Assembly: GCA_051294375.1 (NCBI GenBank)
Contig: CM119264.1
Coordinates: 9,680,757-9,744,756 of the forward strand
Reading direction: 5' to 3'
From: Paraspadella gotoi
Taxonomy: Eukaryota; Animalia; Chaetognatha
DNA length: 64,000 nt
The notes beneath the pieces are model-generated. The model did no database searches and was not told the DNA's origin. It saw nothing but the letters and a program-made list of their open reading frames with translations. Below are positions 1 through 18,649 of the stretch, piece after piece. How positions within the stretch are numbered: the first letter of the stretch is position 1; each line of letters begins with the position of its first letter. The translations under genes were made by a program, and so were the position numbers.

Positions 1-463
1 ATTGATGCTTGAAATTTATTAGTTTTCGGGTTTTAAAGCTGAAAAACTTAAAAAAGCAGCCACTAAACATTGATCAGATGACGTACTTCATTCCGAATAA
101 AACGCCCCCACGCGGCCAATGCATTACTTTCCTATGTTCTTGCTTTCTTTCTATCTTTCATTTTTGTTTCTTTCTCTCTTTCGTTCTTTCTTATTTCTTT
201 CATTCTTTCATTCTTTCTTTCTTTCTTTCTTATTTTATTCTCTCCTTCCATAACTGACTTTTCCCATTTCCATCGGGGCTCACAATCCCTACACTGTAGA
301 CACAAAATAAAAGAAGAATCTTTTTTCTTTGCCAACAAAAATCACAGAAAAAAAAGGAGGAAAAAATTTGAGAAAAACTTTGGCCCTGAATTCGGTTATA
401 TTCCTCTGGGGAGCTTTGATACACTAAACGCTTTTGATCTTTGCACCGTAGCGATGTTTTTTG

Positions 464-464
<1 letters not shown>

Positions 465-518
<54 letters not shown>
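465..518. repeat. (CGT)18 microsatellite
   Basis: Perfect CGT run read directly from the sequence. Confidence 0.95.
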
Positions 519-800
519 AAGGTCGTCAATGTTACAGCGAGCTTTCTTTTCTATTTAAACCGCGGTTCCAACTTCTCCCTCCCCAATTTTTTTTTGTAAA
601 TCTTATTCTTGTCTCCCGGAATTTTACATCCGCTTAAACTCGAATGATTGCTTTTCCTCGTGTATTCATTTATTCCTTTTGTGTCGAATGAATAAAAGAG
701 AATTCGCACAATCACGAAGAAGCAAAAAAAAAAATTGAAAAAAAAAGAAAAGGAAAAAAAATCCGAGTGAAACGATTTTGTTTTATCTCTCCCGTTTCAG

Positions 801-5596
<4,796 letters not shown>

Positions 5597-6019
5597 GTAA
5601 GAAGAAATGGCGTTATTAACTAGATACAATATAGTAAAAATCGATATCGAATATTCCATGCGTCAGCATCGCTTTCTCTTTCTTTCTTTCTTTCTCTCTC
5701 TCTTTCTTTCTTTCNNNNNNNNNNNNNNNNNNNNNNNNNNNNNNNNNNNNNNNNNNNNNNNNNNNNNNNNNNNNNNNNNNNNNNNNNNNNNNNNNNNNNN
5801 NNNNNNNNNNNNNNNNNNNNNNNNNNNNNNNNNNNNNNNNNNNNNNNNNNNNNNNNNNNNNNNNNNNNNNNNNNNNNNNNNNNNNNNNNNNNNNNNNNNN
5901 NNNNNNNNNNNNNNNNNNNNNTTTTTCTTTGCTTTCTTTCTTTCTTTTTTCTTTCTTGTTCTTTCTGTCTTTCTCTCTCGTCTGACTGATCTCTCAGTCT
6001 CTTCTTTCTCGCTAGTTTT

Positions 6020-6282
6020 TGATCCCACGGACTTTCCCTATTAACCCTCAGGGCAGAGAAAGCCTTGCTTTTCCTTGCCTCGACTTGCCAGTCTCAATAT
6101 TTCACGCGATATAAAAGACAACTCGACAACTACTTAAGCCGCTTTCTCACTATCGCTCGGCGCCGGCTCTCGGCCGAATCTAAGAAGACAAAGAGGATGA
6201 AGAAGAAGAAACGAGGAAAGAAAAAAATAGGAAAGAAGAAAAGGAAAGAAAGGCATAACAAAAATGAGAAAGAAAGATAGAT

Positions 6283-6366
<84 letters not shown>

Positions 6367-9300
6367 AAAAAAAAAGAAAGAAAAAAAGAAAGAAAGATTC
6401 AAAACAATAAAAAAAGACAAAGAGCAAAGAAGAAATAGGGTGATTTGCGCTCGAAGCCTAAATCAAGAGACTTCGAGAGAAATTAAGTAACAGATCGAGT
6501 CGAACCAAATCATTCTTATGCGGCGTCTGTGCCAGATNNNNNNNNNNNNNNNNNNNNNNNNNAAGCCTACTGCAAACAAAGCCCGCTGTCACAACCGAAT
6601 CCCTATATTGGCATCAGTTTAAGCTAACGGTAAGAAGATTAAATGGCGTTATTAATCTAGATACGCTAATCTATAGTAAAAAATTAATTCAAGAATGATA
6701 CCCTCGCGAATTACCTTCCCTGATGCCCTGTGATGTCAGCATCGGACACTTTCTCGCACTTTCTTTCCCTCTCGGTTCCCTTGTGATCTCTCGATGTGAG
6801 ATCTGCATACTTGTGACGTTTCAGAGCTGTCTTATCTTTGAGAGCATATGTAGCTGTATATCTTCATGATGATTCGTATTGCATATGAGATGTGCAATCC
6901 ATCGTGTGCTATTTGACTTTCAGCGTATAGTGTCATATGTAGAATGTCTTCATTAGACAGTGACCTCTCATTGCTATCTACGTCACCTCCTGGCATCGAC
7001 TCGTGTTCCACCGATGGTATCAAACTTGGTTATTACCACCTAGTACTTATGTGCCATTCAGGAGGGCCAATCGTTCCTTACAATTCACGTTGACCACTCT
7101 GCTCCATTCGAATCTGACCTGTATGTGAACACCCAAAAATGTTCATATTTTATTTCCCCGGCCTTCGCTGACCTTCCAACATTGTTGACATTCGAGGTAT
7201 AATCGAGTTTGGACTCTCCTCCCATCAAGGAGAAACTCAGATTGGCGCTTGATCTGCCGCCTTGTTACCACTAAAAATAACTTCTAACTATATATAATTA
7301 CTACCCTTAATATTTAAAAAACCTAAAACGTATATAACGATTATTTAAAAACATCACTACATCGGATCTCAATTCTTCGTTGAATGCCTCGGCGGTACTG
7401 GGTCATCTTCTCTCATACTTCCGTGATACGCTCTTACTATTTATGAGGTTCACAAATGAAATTCACAGTGTATTGGAAGATAACTATACAAATTTTAACA
7501 TCTTTTAGACGTCTTTCTCAACAATTTTAGACTCACTCGTCGAAAGAGTCTCCATATCTCTACTCTGACTCAGAACTATCAACATCAGATAGGTGAATTG
7601 TTTGTTTTCGAACTATATAGAAGCCGAGGAGAAGAACAGCTGAACGGTATGAGACCGCACGCTTCGCTGTGACGTCTCAGTTCTCGCTCATGTTTGATTA
7701 ATGATTGTGTAAATATGACGCTTATTGTTGATATTTAAATACAGTTTTAATTTCTGTTGCAAAAGTTTCATCGGAGCCGAACCAGCCGGGAGAAACCGGT
7801 CTCTATATTCGCTGAAGATAGGTGAGACGAGCCCGATCGGGAGGGACGTCATCATATAACATCCATATACTTCTAAAGAGGCGGCACTCAGGGGGCCAAG
7901 AAGGAAGAAAAAGACCGATATGCATATTTCTATAGCACGTCGAACAGCAATTGCAAAACATAGACAAAGTACAAGATCAAATAATTTCATACGCATATAA
8001 TATAAAAAAGAAACAAACATAAACAGACAAGAAAATGACTACACACTAAGACCCGCTCTCACATAAATGGCGCTCAGAGCTCCCGCGCGTGGTTTCTAAT
8101 GAACTCGACCTATACTGATGACGGAACCGAATCTATAAGAGCATCAAAGTTAGCCAGAGGATGAAGAAAGAATGGAGGAAAGAACTGGAGTGCGATCATT
8201 ATAGAATCCGCATTACAAACAATTATAGGTGGAAGGAGAAAGAAAAACGGGGAAGACCCAGAGTCAATTCACAAATAGAGAAAAGAAAGATAAGATAAAG
8301 AAAGGAGAAAGAAAAAAAGAAAAACGAGGAAAAGTACTATTATAAGGTTTTGCATAAATTTAAATTCTTAATAAGTACTACCCGAGGCAATAATTAGATA
8401 AATGTATATTTAGATTCATTTTGTAGAATTATTTTTAAAGAATACACGAGGCCAATAACTATAAAGACCTAAAATTAAGGAGGAGCTAATGATATTATTT
8501 ATACTAAGAAAGAAATGAAAGAAATCGTATGCTGAAGATAAATTCCGCCAGAGATTATAGAAATATGATCCAAAGAATCACAAAAAAAAAAATAAAAGTC
8601 AAAACAACAGTTAATATAATAAAAGACAAAAAAGAATAAAAGGATAATAAATAAAGAAAGAAAGATCAAAACAATAAAAAAAGACAAAGAGCAAAAGAAG
8701 AGGAATAGAGTGAGGGTGGTTGTATTTGCTGGTGTCGGTCGTAAGGCCTTCCCAAAATCAAAGCCGAATCTTCGAGAGGCCAAATCCCGTCACCGACGAG
8801 ACCATATACAAGTCTACGTAAGGAATCGAATGTCGATACCAAGGATGCAATTTCTATGCCCGCGCCGCAGTTCTGTGGCTCAGATTTCAACGAAATAAAG
8901 ATGAAGAGAGACAGAGAGAGAGAGAGAATGAGATATAAGAGAGAGAGAGAGAGCAGAGAGAGAGAAAGATGAGGAGAAGAGACGAAGAGACCCGATGAGT
9001 GTAGAGAGAATGATGAGTTCACAGAGGAGGGGGAGGAAGGAACCCGCATAAGGAAAAAGTAGGTGTGTGAAAGGAGAAAGAGAACGCCTACTATAGTTGA
9101 GAGGAAGAATTTCACTCCTTGTCATTCTTAATGTAGCTGTAAATCCAGTTCTTCAGCAAGGCGGCACGGGAAGCAGACTCTCTTCCTCTCTTCTCCCATA
9201 CTCCGCTCAAACCATCTAAACTCCACTCTCTGCGTGCCTAACTCATCTCTTACTCTCTCTCTCTACACTTCTCCTCTTTACTCTCTATTGGCCTCCTCAT

Positions 9301-10073
9301 ACTCACTCTCTCTTCTCTCTCTCATCCTCTCTCTCCTCTCGAAATGTCATACTTTTGGTTTAAACCTACGATTATAAAAATAAACAGAGCAACTGTATAT
9401 TTTATCACATTTTCATTTATATATACTTTTCAAAGAGTTTCTCCCTATATATACTTTCTCTATATAGGCATTTTGTATATATTCTCCGCTCCATCTCTCC
9501 TACCCACTTTTTTTTTTATCCGCAAGTCGAAAATTTAAATTTTTCTTTTCAATGTTCTTTTTTTCGCAGTTTCCTCCTTTGTGTTTTGCTCCGTTTTTTT
9601 TTCCATCCCACGTAGTTGTAGGTAGAGAATTGTTATGACTTGTTTATCTTGAAAACCGTTTTATTTATTTAAATTTTATCTGCAAACACGAAAGTCACCG
9701 GCTCAAATGGCGTAGCGCAGTTCGGATATGGCGCCCCATATTTGACGCACATTTCCTTCCTTTTTTTGGCCTAGATCTTTTTACTATACTTTCCTTTTCT
9801 TTCTTTATTTTTAGTTTTTGACTTTGCATGCAAATACGATTAACTTTACCCTTGATTTAGCACCAAGGGTATATGTATTAAGACATATCGAATAAAGTAA
9901 TTTTTTAAACAGGAAATCATCAGAAGTGTTATCGTCCGTTTTGATTCAGATTTTGATAGGAAAGCAAAGTTTCACCCATCACCCTTTCCATGTGAATTCG
10001 TAATTTTGTCTTCGGTATTTTGGAANNNNNNNNNNNNNNNNNNNNNNNNNAGAGGAGGAAGAGGTAGAGAGAG

Positions 10074-10104
<31 letters not shown>

Positions 10105-10959
10105 GAGAGAGAGAGAGATTGGTGTGCGTGTGTGGGAAGGGTCGGTTGTGGACGAGGGTCGTCAAAGGCGGCCAAGTGCGGCAGCATCAGTGGCGCAAAG
10201 GGCCACGTTTCACTATTGGAAACGGAAAACGGAAACGAATGGCACATCAGAATTTCCAAAATACCGGAAGACAAATTTAACCGAAATTCACATGGAAAAG
10301 GGTGATGGGTGAATACTTTGCTTTTCCTATCAAAAAGTCTGAACATTCAGAAACGGTACGAATAACAAACCTTGCATCGATGATTTGTTATCCTTTTCAA
10401 AAAATTACTTATATTCGACTATGGTCTTAATAACATATACCTTGGTGCTAAATCAAGGGTAAAGTTAATCGTATTTGCATTGCAAAGTCAAAACATAAAA
10501 ATAACAGAAAGGAAAAGGAAGTTATATGTATAAAAGAACTCTAAGGGCCAAAGAAAAAGGAAGGAAATGTGCGTCAAATATGGGGCGCCCAGTAATAGCC
10601 GAACTGGGCGGCTTACGGTCCATTTGAGCCGGTGACTTTCGGCAGAAAAAGAAAAAAATAAACGTTACTAAGATGAAACAAGTCCTAACATTCTCAACCA
10701 TACGAACACTGTGAAAAAAAAACGGAGCACAAAAGGGAAGTCTGCGAAAAAAAAAAACATTGAAAAGAAAAAATAAATTTCGACCGCGGATAAAAAACGA
10801 GTGGGGTAGGAGAGAAGGGAGGACGGAGAAAATACAAAGAATGCCGAGAAAAGAGAATAAGGGAGAAACTCTTTGAAAAGAACCAAAATGAAATAGGTGA
10901 ACAAAGATATCAGTTGTGCGTGTTTATTTTTCTTAACGAAGGGTAGCAAAGTATGACAC

Positions 10960-11017
<58 letters not shown>

Positions 11018-12205
11018 AGTGAGAGAGAGACAGAACGAGTCCTCCTGCCGCTGCTGAGAAACTGATTTAGCAGCACGCATTTAGAATGGACAAGAGTGAA
11101 TTCGCTTCCTCTCACTATACGAGGCGTTCTCTGTCTGCTCTATCCTCTTCTACCTCTCTCTCTCGTCTCTCTTCTCTTCTCGCTTCATCTCTCATTTCAT
11201 CGTCCTTCTCCTCTCTCTCTCGCGTGATTTCTGGCTCGAATGGCAGACGCCGCATAAGAATGATTTGGTTCGACTCAGATCTGTTACTTAATTTCTCTCG
11301 AAGTCTGCTTCGATTTTAGGCTTCGAGCGGCAAATCACCCCTATTTCTTCTTTGCTCTTTGTCTTTTTTTAATTGTTTTGAATCTGCTTCTTTTCCTTTT
11401 TTCTTCCTTATTTTTTTTTTTTTTTTCTTTCTTTCGTTGTCTTTCTTTCTTTCTTTTCTGGTTCTTTCTTTCTTGTGCTTTCTTTCTTTCTTTCCTTACT
11501 TTTTTCAAATCTCTTTCTTTCTTTCTTTCTTTCTTTCTTTTCTATATCTAATGCTTTCTTTCTGCATGTTTTGTCTATTGCCTTTTCTTTCCTTTTCTTC
11601 TTTCCGTCAGTTCTTTTTCTTTCGCCTCGTTTCGTTCTTCTTCCATCCTCTTTGTCTTCGTTCTAATTGCGGCGAGAGCCGGCGGCCGAGCGATATGGTG
11701 AGGAAGCGGCTTAAGTAGTTGTCGAGTTGTCTTTTATATCGCTGTGAAATATTGAGACTGGCAAGTAGAGGCAAAAAGGAAAAGCAAGGCTTTCTCTGGA
11801 CCGCTGAGGGTTTAATAGGGAAAAGTTCCGTAGATCAAACGTAGCGACGAAGAAAAGACGTAAGAACTAGACAAAGGAGGCGGAAGCGGCAGGCCCAGTT
11901 TCGCTTCAATAATTCGGACAAACGAACATCTGCAATAGATATGTTGAGAGAAGAGAGTAAGAGAAGAGAGAGAGAGAGAGAGAGGAGAGAGAAGAAGAGA
12001 GAAGAGAGAAGAGAGAGAGAGAGAAAAGAAAGAGAAGAAAGAAAGAAAGAAAGATAAAGAAAGAAAAAGAAAGAAAGAAAGAAAGAAAAGAAAAGAAAGA
12101 AAGAAAGAAAGAAAGAAAGAAGAAAAAAGAAAGAAAAGAAAGAAAGAAAGAAAGAAAGAAAGAAATAGAAATGATGAGAGATAGAGATAGAGAAAGACGA
12201 TCGAC
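6020..12205. repeat. Large imperfect inverted duplication (fold-back) centred near 10.1 kb
   Basis: About 9340-10025 is the reverse complement of about 10254-10960 (e.g. TCTTCGGTATTTTGGAA / TTCCAAAATACCGGAAGA). 6030-6537 is the reverse complement of about 11225-11830. Differences are mainly indels. Confidence 0.85.
6563..8900 (+). other. Insertion-riddled second copy of 5550-6537 (likely raw long-read sequence)
   Basis: 6567-6700 repeats 5551-5650 with many single-base insertions, and 8655-8714 repeats 6393-6443. The copy starts right after a 25-N gap. Confidence 0.65.
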
Positions 12206-13463
12206 TCTCTCTCTCTCTCTGTCTCTATTTCGCCATCCAATGTATGGCGCGATGTATAAATCGACGGCGAGGGCGTCAGTGAGCCGCACGTTTCGGCGCC
12301 GCCCACTCACGGCGAAGCGCTGAACCAGGCTGTTTCTGTTTCGCTGTCTTTTTTTTGCCCTCTCTTTTCCCCTGACTGTTGTGGTATTCGTGTTTAATTT
12401 TTTTTTCTTCAAATTTTGTTTTTTAAACTAATGTCTTCGGCGCTCTCTTGTTCCGTTACTCAAGTGACGCGAAATACTGACTGGGTTCTAGGATGAATAT
12501 TCTTCTTCATAACTATTCACTATTCATTCAGCTATTTCCAGTGTGGTTTGAAAAAAAAGAATTCGTCGGTTTTGTATAATTTAGACCGTTTTTATCCACT
12601 CGTTTTTGGTCTTTTTTTTCTTTCTTCGTTCATTTTCATGTTATACTTACATTACATATACCGGTTTAGTTAGTATACGGCTTACGTACTGTCGGTGGGC
12701 TACTTGCGTCGTGGACAAGCGTCGGTCTTTCGGCACGCGACGTATGCGTGTCAGCCTTTTTTCTGTTGCGCGTTTTGTCAACACGTGAAGAACAAACAAA
12801 CATAGAACCGAGTTGAAGATACAGAGCTCTTCCTTTAAAATGGGGAATTATTTGGTGCCGCATATGCCTTTGAATGACTTCAATGTCTCACTGGAAAATT
12901 TTTATCCTTTCTATTATCTAAATATTCAATTAGCTAAAGATTAATACTTACGATTACAAACGATACCGACATCGACGCCGGTGATAAAACCAGAAGCACA
13001 AACAAAATACTAACGTAATGAACAGAAGAATAGTTAAATAGGGACAAAAACCGAAATGACCCGGATGGTTCCTTTAACGAATGTAATCGTAGGAAGTTAG
13101 AGCAGGTGGGAGGAGCATTTCGATTTTCATTAGTACCGAATATCGGTTGCCCCCTTGCGTCCGGAGACACATAGTAGGGATTACCCTTAAGGTGGAGCGT
13201 TCATATGACGTTATCAAAAAGAATGGAGAAGAATGTGAGGTCGGATGTGAAGTGAAAAACCGTCTCTCTCTCCCTGAGAGCGGGATGAAGAAGAGAAGGA
13301 GTAGGAGACTAGGAGGATCTCTGAAGAGAGCTCGCTGTTCACTTTCCAAGGATTTCGTTTTAATTTATAAAATTAATTCTCCTTAGAAATTATCTGTAGC
13401 ACAATAATTCATCTTCTGCTCTTCATCCCTCCTCCCCTCTCTCTCTCGTCTCTCTCTTCTCTT

Positions 13464-13519
<56 letters not shown>

Positions 13520-13597
13520 TTCTCATCTCTCTCTGTTTTATATATTCAATACATACATAACATTCTCCTACTCCTCTATTCTCTCCTATCTCTCTCT

Positions 13598-13657
<60 letters not shown>

Positions 13658-13931
13658 TTCTCTCTCTCTCTTTCCTCGGAACAAAGGCTTTTTTTTCTCT
13701 CACACGAACGAAAAACCTTCCATCGGCTCAATCCTGATTAAGCCCTGACCCTCAGCTTTAACCTCACCTCAGGGCGCAACCCTCACTAATTCAACGTGTT
13801 CGCGCCCCGGTCTGACCCACACCCCGGCCCGCCAATACAACTCTCTTTCGCATGGACGCTTGCTGGAATAATTCGCGCGTTTGCTTCTAAGGCTTATGCT
13901 CTTATGGTGGAATAAAACCCACCGTTCATCA

Positions 13932-14130
13932 GCGGCCATTGGTGCCGGAGGCAAGTCATTCGCCTCCCAACCCAAAGGTCCGGGGTTCTAGCCCGGTGGT
14001 CGTCTGGCAGTTTAGAGGGACGGGGCGCTTAACCCGCCTGTAACATGATGTTACAGCCTGATCCGAAGCTCAGGGACTGCTTATATTGAACGGTTCTATC
14101 ACTAACTCATAACAATAATTACTGTCTCTT
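13932..14130 (+). mobile_element. tRNA-derived SINE-like element or tRNA pseudogene head
   Basis: 13932-14003 has a pairable acceptor stem (GCGGCCA/TGGTCGT), an A-box-like TGGTGCCGGAGG, a B-box-like GGTTCTAGCCC and a Gly-like CGCCTCCCA loop. The anticodon stem does not pair. The 3' boundary is approximate. Confidence 0.5.
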
Positions 14131-14958
14131 CACTCTTCTTATTATTGTGACTAAAATGAAACGATTTACTGAACTACACCTCGAGGTCATTTTAATGTAA
14201 TAAATATATAGTTATATACTCTAAATGGAGGGAGGATTTCACAGTACGTATATAATTATTCCTTCGTACACTTTTATTTGTTTCCTCTCTTCCGAGAGTG
14301 GAAATTAAAACTCATAAGTTGATTTCACATAACATTTAGCTAAGATTTTACAACCAATTCGACATACTTGAGAGAAAAAATGTACCTACTACAGTAAAAG
14401 TTAATCAGAAAGAAAAATAATAGCCCCTGGGTCCGTGAGCAAGAAAGAACGTCGTATTTCCATCTGACGACGACAGCGACGATATCTTCATATAAAACGA
14501 CATTTTTTTGTGCAATAAACTCATCTTGACCCCTGATCCCGACACCGTCACCTTAATAATACAATAATAAGAAGGACTGAATTCCTTATTTCCGCTGCCC
14601 ATAAGAACACCACGTTGACGTATCATTGCCCACAAAGTAGACAAGAGCCACATAGACGCCTTTTTTACATCCTGCGTCCCCTGAGGACGCTTCCGATTCG
14701 GATTCACCACACATTACGTATATCTTCGTTCCCCAACGAGCGCCTACTTCTCTCATCTGTGCTCAACCCCTCCCTTACCCTCGACTCACCTTTACATTCC
14801 GCCGAGTCGAAACGCAAAGAAATAATCGATGCTGAGCGCGAAAAAAAGGCCGCGTCAGCACCATAGCAGTTTCTTACCTTCGACGACGCGAGACGACACA
14901 GGGGGGAAAGAGAGAAAAGAGAGAGAGAGAGAGAGAGAGGAGAGAGGAGAGGAGAGAG

Positions 14959-14991
<33 letters not shown>

Positions 14992-16630
14992 GACGGAGAA
15001 ATACAGCGATGGCGGGAAAAAGGGGGGAAAAGGAAAAAACGAGAAAAGGCGACAGAAGCGGAAGACAGATTTGTTTATCGTCCTTATTTGTTGTTGTGAT
15101 GAGCGATGACTCGAAAGTGGATGGAGAGAAACGGGTGGGGGGGGGGAATCCGTGCAGGAGTGACGGAGGAAGTAATGGAGGGAAACATGAGGCGGGCATG
15201 GGAAAGCTGGGGTAAGCAAGGTCAGACAGGGCCGAGCAATTCGTGATTTGAATTAATAAGATGTCCGGTTAAACGGCCTCGACACAAAGAGTAGCATGAT
15301 TACGAGATAGCAAGGGTTGGCAAGGGGTACGTAAATTATGCGAAATAGTAAAGTCGGGGCCAGGTAATGCATGCAAAAAACAGGGCAAGGCAAGTTTAGG
15401 CAAATTTGGTTAAAAGAAAATAAAGAGGATGAAACAGGAAAATCACTTGAACAAAAACATTGGTTGTGACAAAAGAGGACAGGAACAAAACAAAAAAAAA
15501 GAATAACTCGAATTTCAGCGCTGACAAAAAAAAGGGGGCGTGCAGTAAGATTTGCGTCGGCCGACCCTCAGGGTTGCGCCCGCCGTCAGAGTGTACGTTT
15601 GGCGCGTTTCGGTCGGTCGCGATTTTGGCTCGAGTTCCGCGAGGATAAATCAAACTCGTTTAAAATCGATTAAAATTCCATCGTAAAAAATAAAACGAAT
15701 AAAATACTGCTCTCTTTAGATTTTATCATTTTTCTTTAACTTCAAGCACTATAATAATTGTTTTTTTATTTCTAAGTCATATTGATGCTTTATAAATGAA
15801 GAAGTAATAAAACATTTTTCACTTTTTTAAAATAATATTATTTCAGCAACGGCAGGGATCACTTATGAGTTTTGACGTTCGGCTTCTTAACTGTTGGAGT
15901 TCGGAGATTCGGAAACTCAATTAAGTAAAAAAGTTTCGCTTTATCGAGAATGAACCCGGAAGACTCTGTAGGGTAAACGCCGCTTACCCATTGCGTCTGA
16001 TCTTAATAGAGTTGATAAAGAGGCGGCTTTGATGCAACGCATTCAGTTGTCGTGAAAGTGACACTGCATTGTTAACGATTCGAAAAGTGAGTCGTGAAGC
16101 AGGTGTTGAAGTGGAATATTGAAGTTTGCTTCAATAATTAAAAATTTAATGTGAAATCTGGTCTGGAAAGTCGGAAATTGTCGAAACATTTTCCGTGGAG
16201 ACTTCTTTTATTGGCAGCGAATCGAATGTCGAAAGTGAGGTCTCTTTTTCCCCAGAGCTTGGTGACCTGAAGCCCTGACTCCATCTAAATTAAAAGATAT
16301 AGACGTAGTGCCACCTAAACTTTTAACTCCAAGTTGGGTATTTTATAGAATAAAAGACAAATAACTCATGAGATCATCATTTGCCACGCTCTATTCCCTC
16401 ATCTTACAATCATAGCGTCTCATCCTCCAATCATTGAGCCTCACCCTACAATCATTGTGCCCTACCCGCGTAACCGCCATTTCGGTGCCTCGTTCCGTCG
16501 GTGGAACGAAGCGCCTCGAGGGACCTCTGTCGTTCTGCGAAGACATTAGCAAACAAAGCGGCAACCGGCACTAAACAAATGGCCATCAAGAAAAACATTT
16601 CTTTTTCTTTTCTCTCTCTCTCTCTCTTCT

Positions 16631-16692
<62 letters not shown>

Positions 16693-16827
16693 TCTTCTCT
16701 TCTCTTCTCTTTCTTTTTTTCTTCGCTCAAGTTACTATCTTTCGCGACTCAATTTTTTTTTGGAATGTATTTATTTTTTTTGGGATTATATTTATACATT
16801 TTTTGGCTGATACAAAAAGACCTTTTC

Positions 16828-16885
<58 letters not shown>

Positions 16886-17425
16886 GTTTCTCAAGTCAGG
16901 TTTCCCTTCTTCGATGCCCTTGAAAACCTAAAAAAAAGCAGAATAAAAAATTGTCTTTTTCTTTTTTTTTAATTCCATTTTTCCTTTTTTGTCGATTTTC
17001 AATTTTTTGCCATATTTTCTTTCTTTTTATTTCTTTTTTTAGTTGCCGTCCTCATTTTTTTCTCATTTTCCTATTTTTTTTTTATTTCTTTCTTTTTTAC
17101 GATTATGCTTTGTGTAAATTCTAAAGCTGAAAGGCAAAGACAGGTCTGTAACAAAAAAAAAAAAAAACTAGACCATCGCGTGTTTACTTACATTAAGTTA
17201 GATGTAAATGAGTATTCTATAAAAAAAATTATTAAAGCATTTATTTATGTTTTTCACTTTTTATCTATTTTCTGAATTGTAGAGATTATTTGTATTAAAT
17301 ATAAAATATACTATCATGAAATAATTTTTTTTATTTATAGAATATAATCGATTTTGCGGCTTATAGAGAAACTTCAATTGGTAAAGAGGAATTTCGGTGC
17401 GAAAAAAGCAAAAAAATCGAGTTCA

Positions 17426-17608
17426 CTGGGAGTGAATAAATAAGACTGTGAGAGAGTCTTGATTGAAAGCTTGCAGAAACCTGCTATGTTATTATCTTGT
17501 AAGTGTGATGGAGGCCTTAAACCACCAAAGCCTGTCCAAAGTCAGGGACAAGATAGCTTATTTATTAAATGAATGGTTAATTTTTATATTGGTTGTACCA
17601 ATTTCATA
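17426..17608 (+). mobile_element. Interspersed repeat copy (SINE-like 3' portion)
   Basis: Near-identical to the reverse complement of 35329-35511, differing by substitutions as expected for real dispersed copies. Confidence 0.75.
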
Positions 17609-18649
17609 AAATAACGGAGAGACTCGAAAATGCGTTGACGCTTAAAGTTTTCCCCGGGATTCGATTTTTCTGTAATTTTGCGGAGAGAAAAAATTTGAGT
17701 CGAATTGCATTATGATGCTCCGCAATTTCACACATGTGAACGATTCGAGTTTATTAAAAGAAAAAACCCTTTGAAGCATTAACTATTTTGAAAAGGATGG
17801 TGAGTATATAATTATTATTTAAGAAATATCATTTATTGCCCCCGCGTGTTTCGAAATCGTTGTTTTTATCCCGCCGCCCGTCGTTTTCAGTTTGCTGCAT
17901 CGATCGTGATTCGAATCGTCGAATCGCAACGAAGTCCTGATCGCACCCGGATGTTTACTCTCGCTTCCGAATCCTATTTAAATTCCCTTCCGCTTTCTCG
18001 CCCTCGTTCTCTCTCTCTCTCTCCCTCTCCCTTTCAGCCGAATTATCGTTCCCGTCTTCCGTTCATTTTTATATCTTTCTTTTCTTTCTATTTTAGTTTT
18101 GCATCTTCCTTTCGCTTCTGTTCAATTTGGTTTCTTAATTTCCTACATCCTCATTTCTGATTACATCCTTTTTCCTTTTTCTTTCCTTCCATCCTGATAT
18201 TTCCACCTCCAATTCGTTTCGCTCTTTCCCCCACGCTTTAAAACCTTCCCCCCCACCTTTCCCCCGGGCGGGAGTGTATGAAAGGCGAACCTAAAATTAG
18301 AGTCTGGCCTCGCGAGTTGTTGACTTGTCAAACTCAGCGGTGACGAATCGCGCAAAGTAATTTGTGGAAAAATGAAACGAGACTCTGGCTCAGGCTGGGC
18401 CGATGTGGGGACGGGGGGGGGGCTTTTGGTTGAGGGTAAGGAGCGAGGGGTGGGCGAAAGAGAAGAGGGTGCCGAGGAGTTGAAAGAGGGGGTTGGAAGG
18501 ATGGCCGGGGAGGCGAGTAAGGATTAGTGAGGATCGAATGCTGGGTTAGGAGGGAGAGGTAGGAAAAGGTCAAGGGGTACTCAGTGAGTACTACTCACTG
18601 CTCAGGGAAGGTGAAGGAAAGACGGGATAAGAAGGCACTGGAATCAAGT

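Noticed and set aside
230-529. Poly-Arg protamine-like ORF
   Set aside because: It is the (CGT)n microsatellite, starts at a non-ATG codon, and has no other support.
13932-14003. Functional tRNA-Gly(CCC)
   Set aside because: The anticodon stem does not pair, the T-arm has an extra base, and there is no T-run terminator.
14405-14710. 101-aa minus-strand ORF in complex sequence
   Set aside because: No recognisable motif, no convincing splice sites and no partner exon.
16560-16600. LMAICL peptide resembling the ARHGAP39 MyTH4 motif WELMAICL
   Set aside because: It is on the wrong strand and the flanking residues do not match; likely coincidence.
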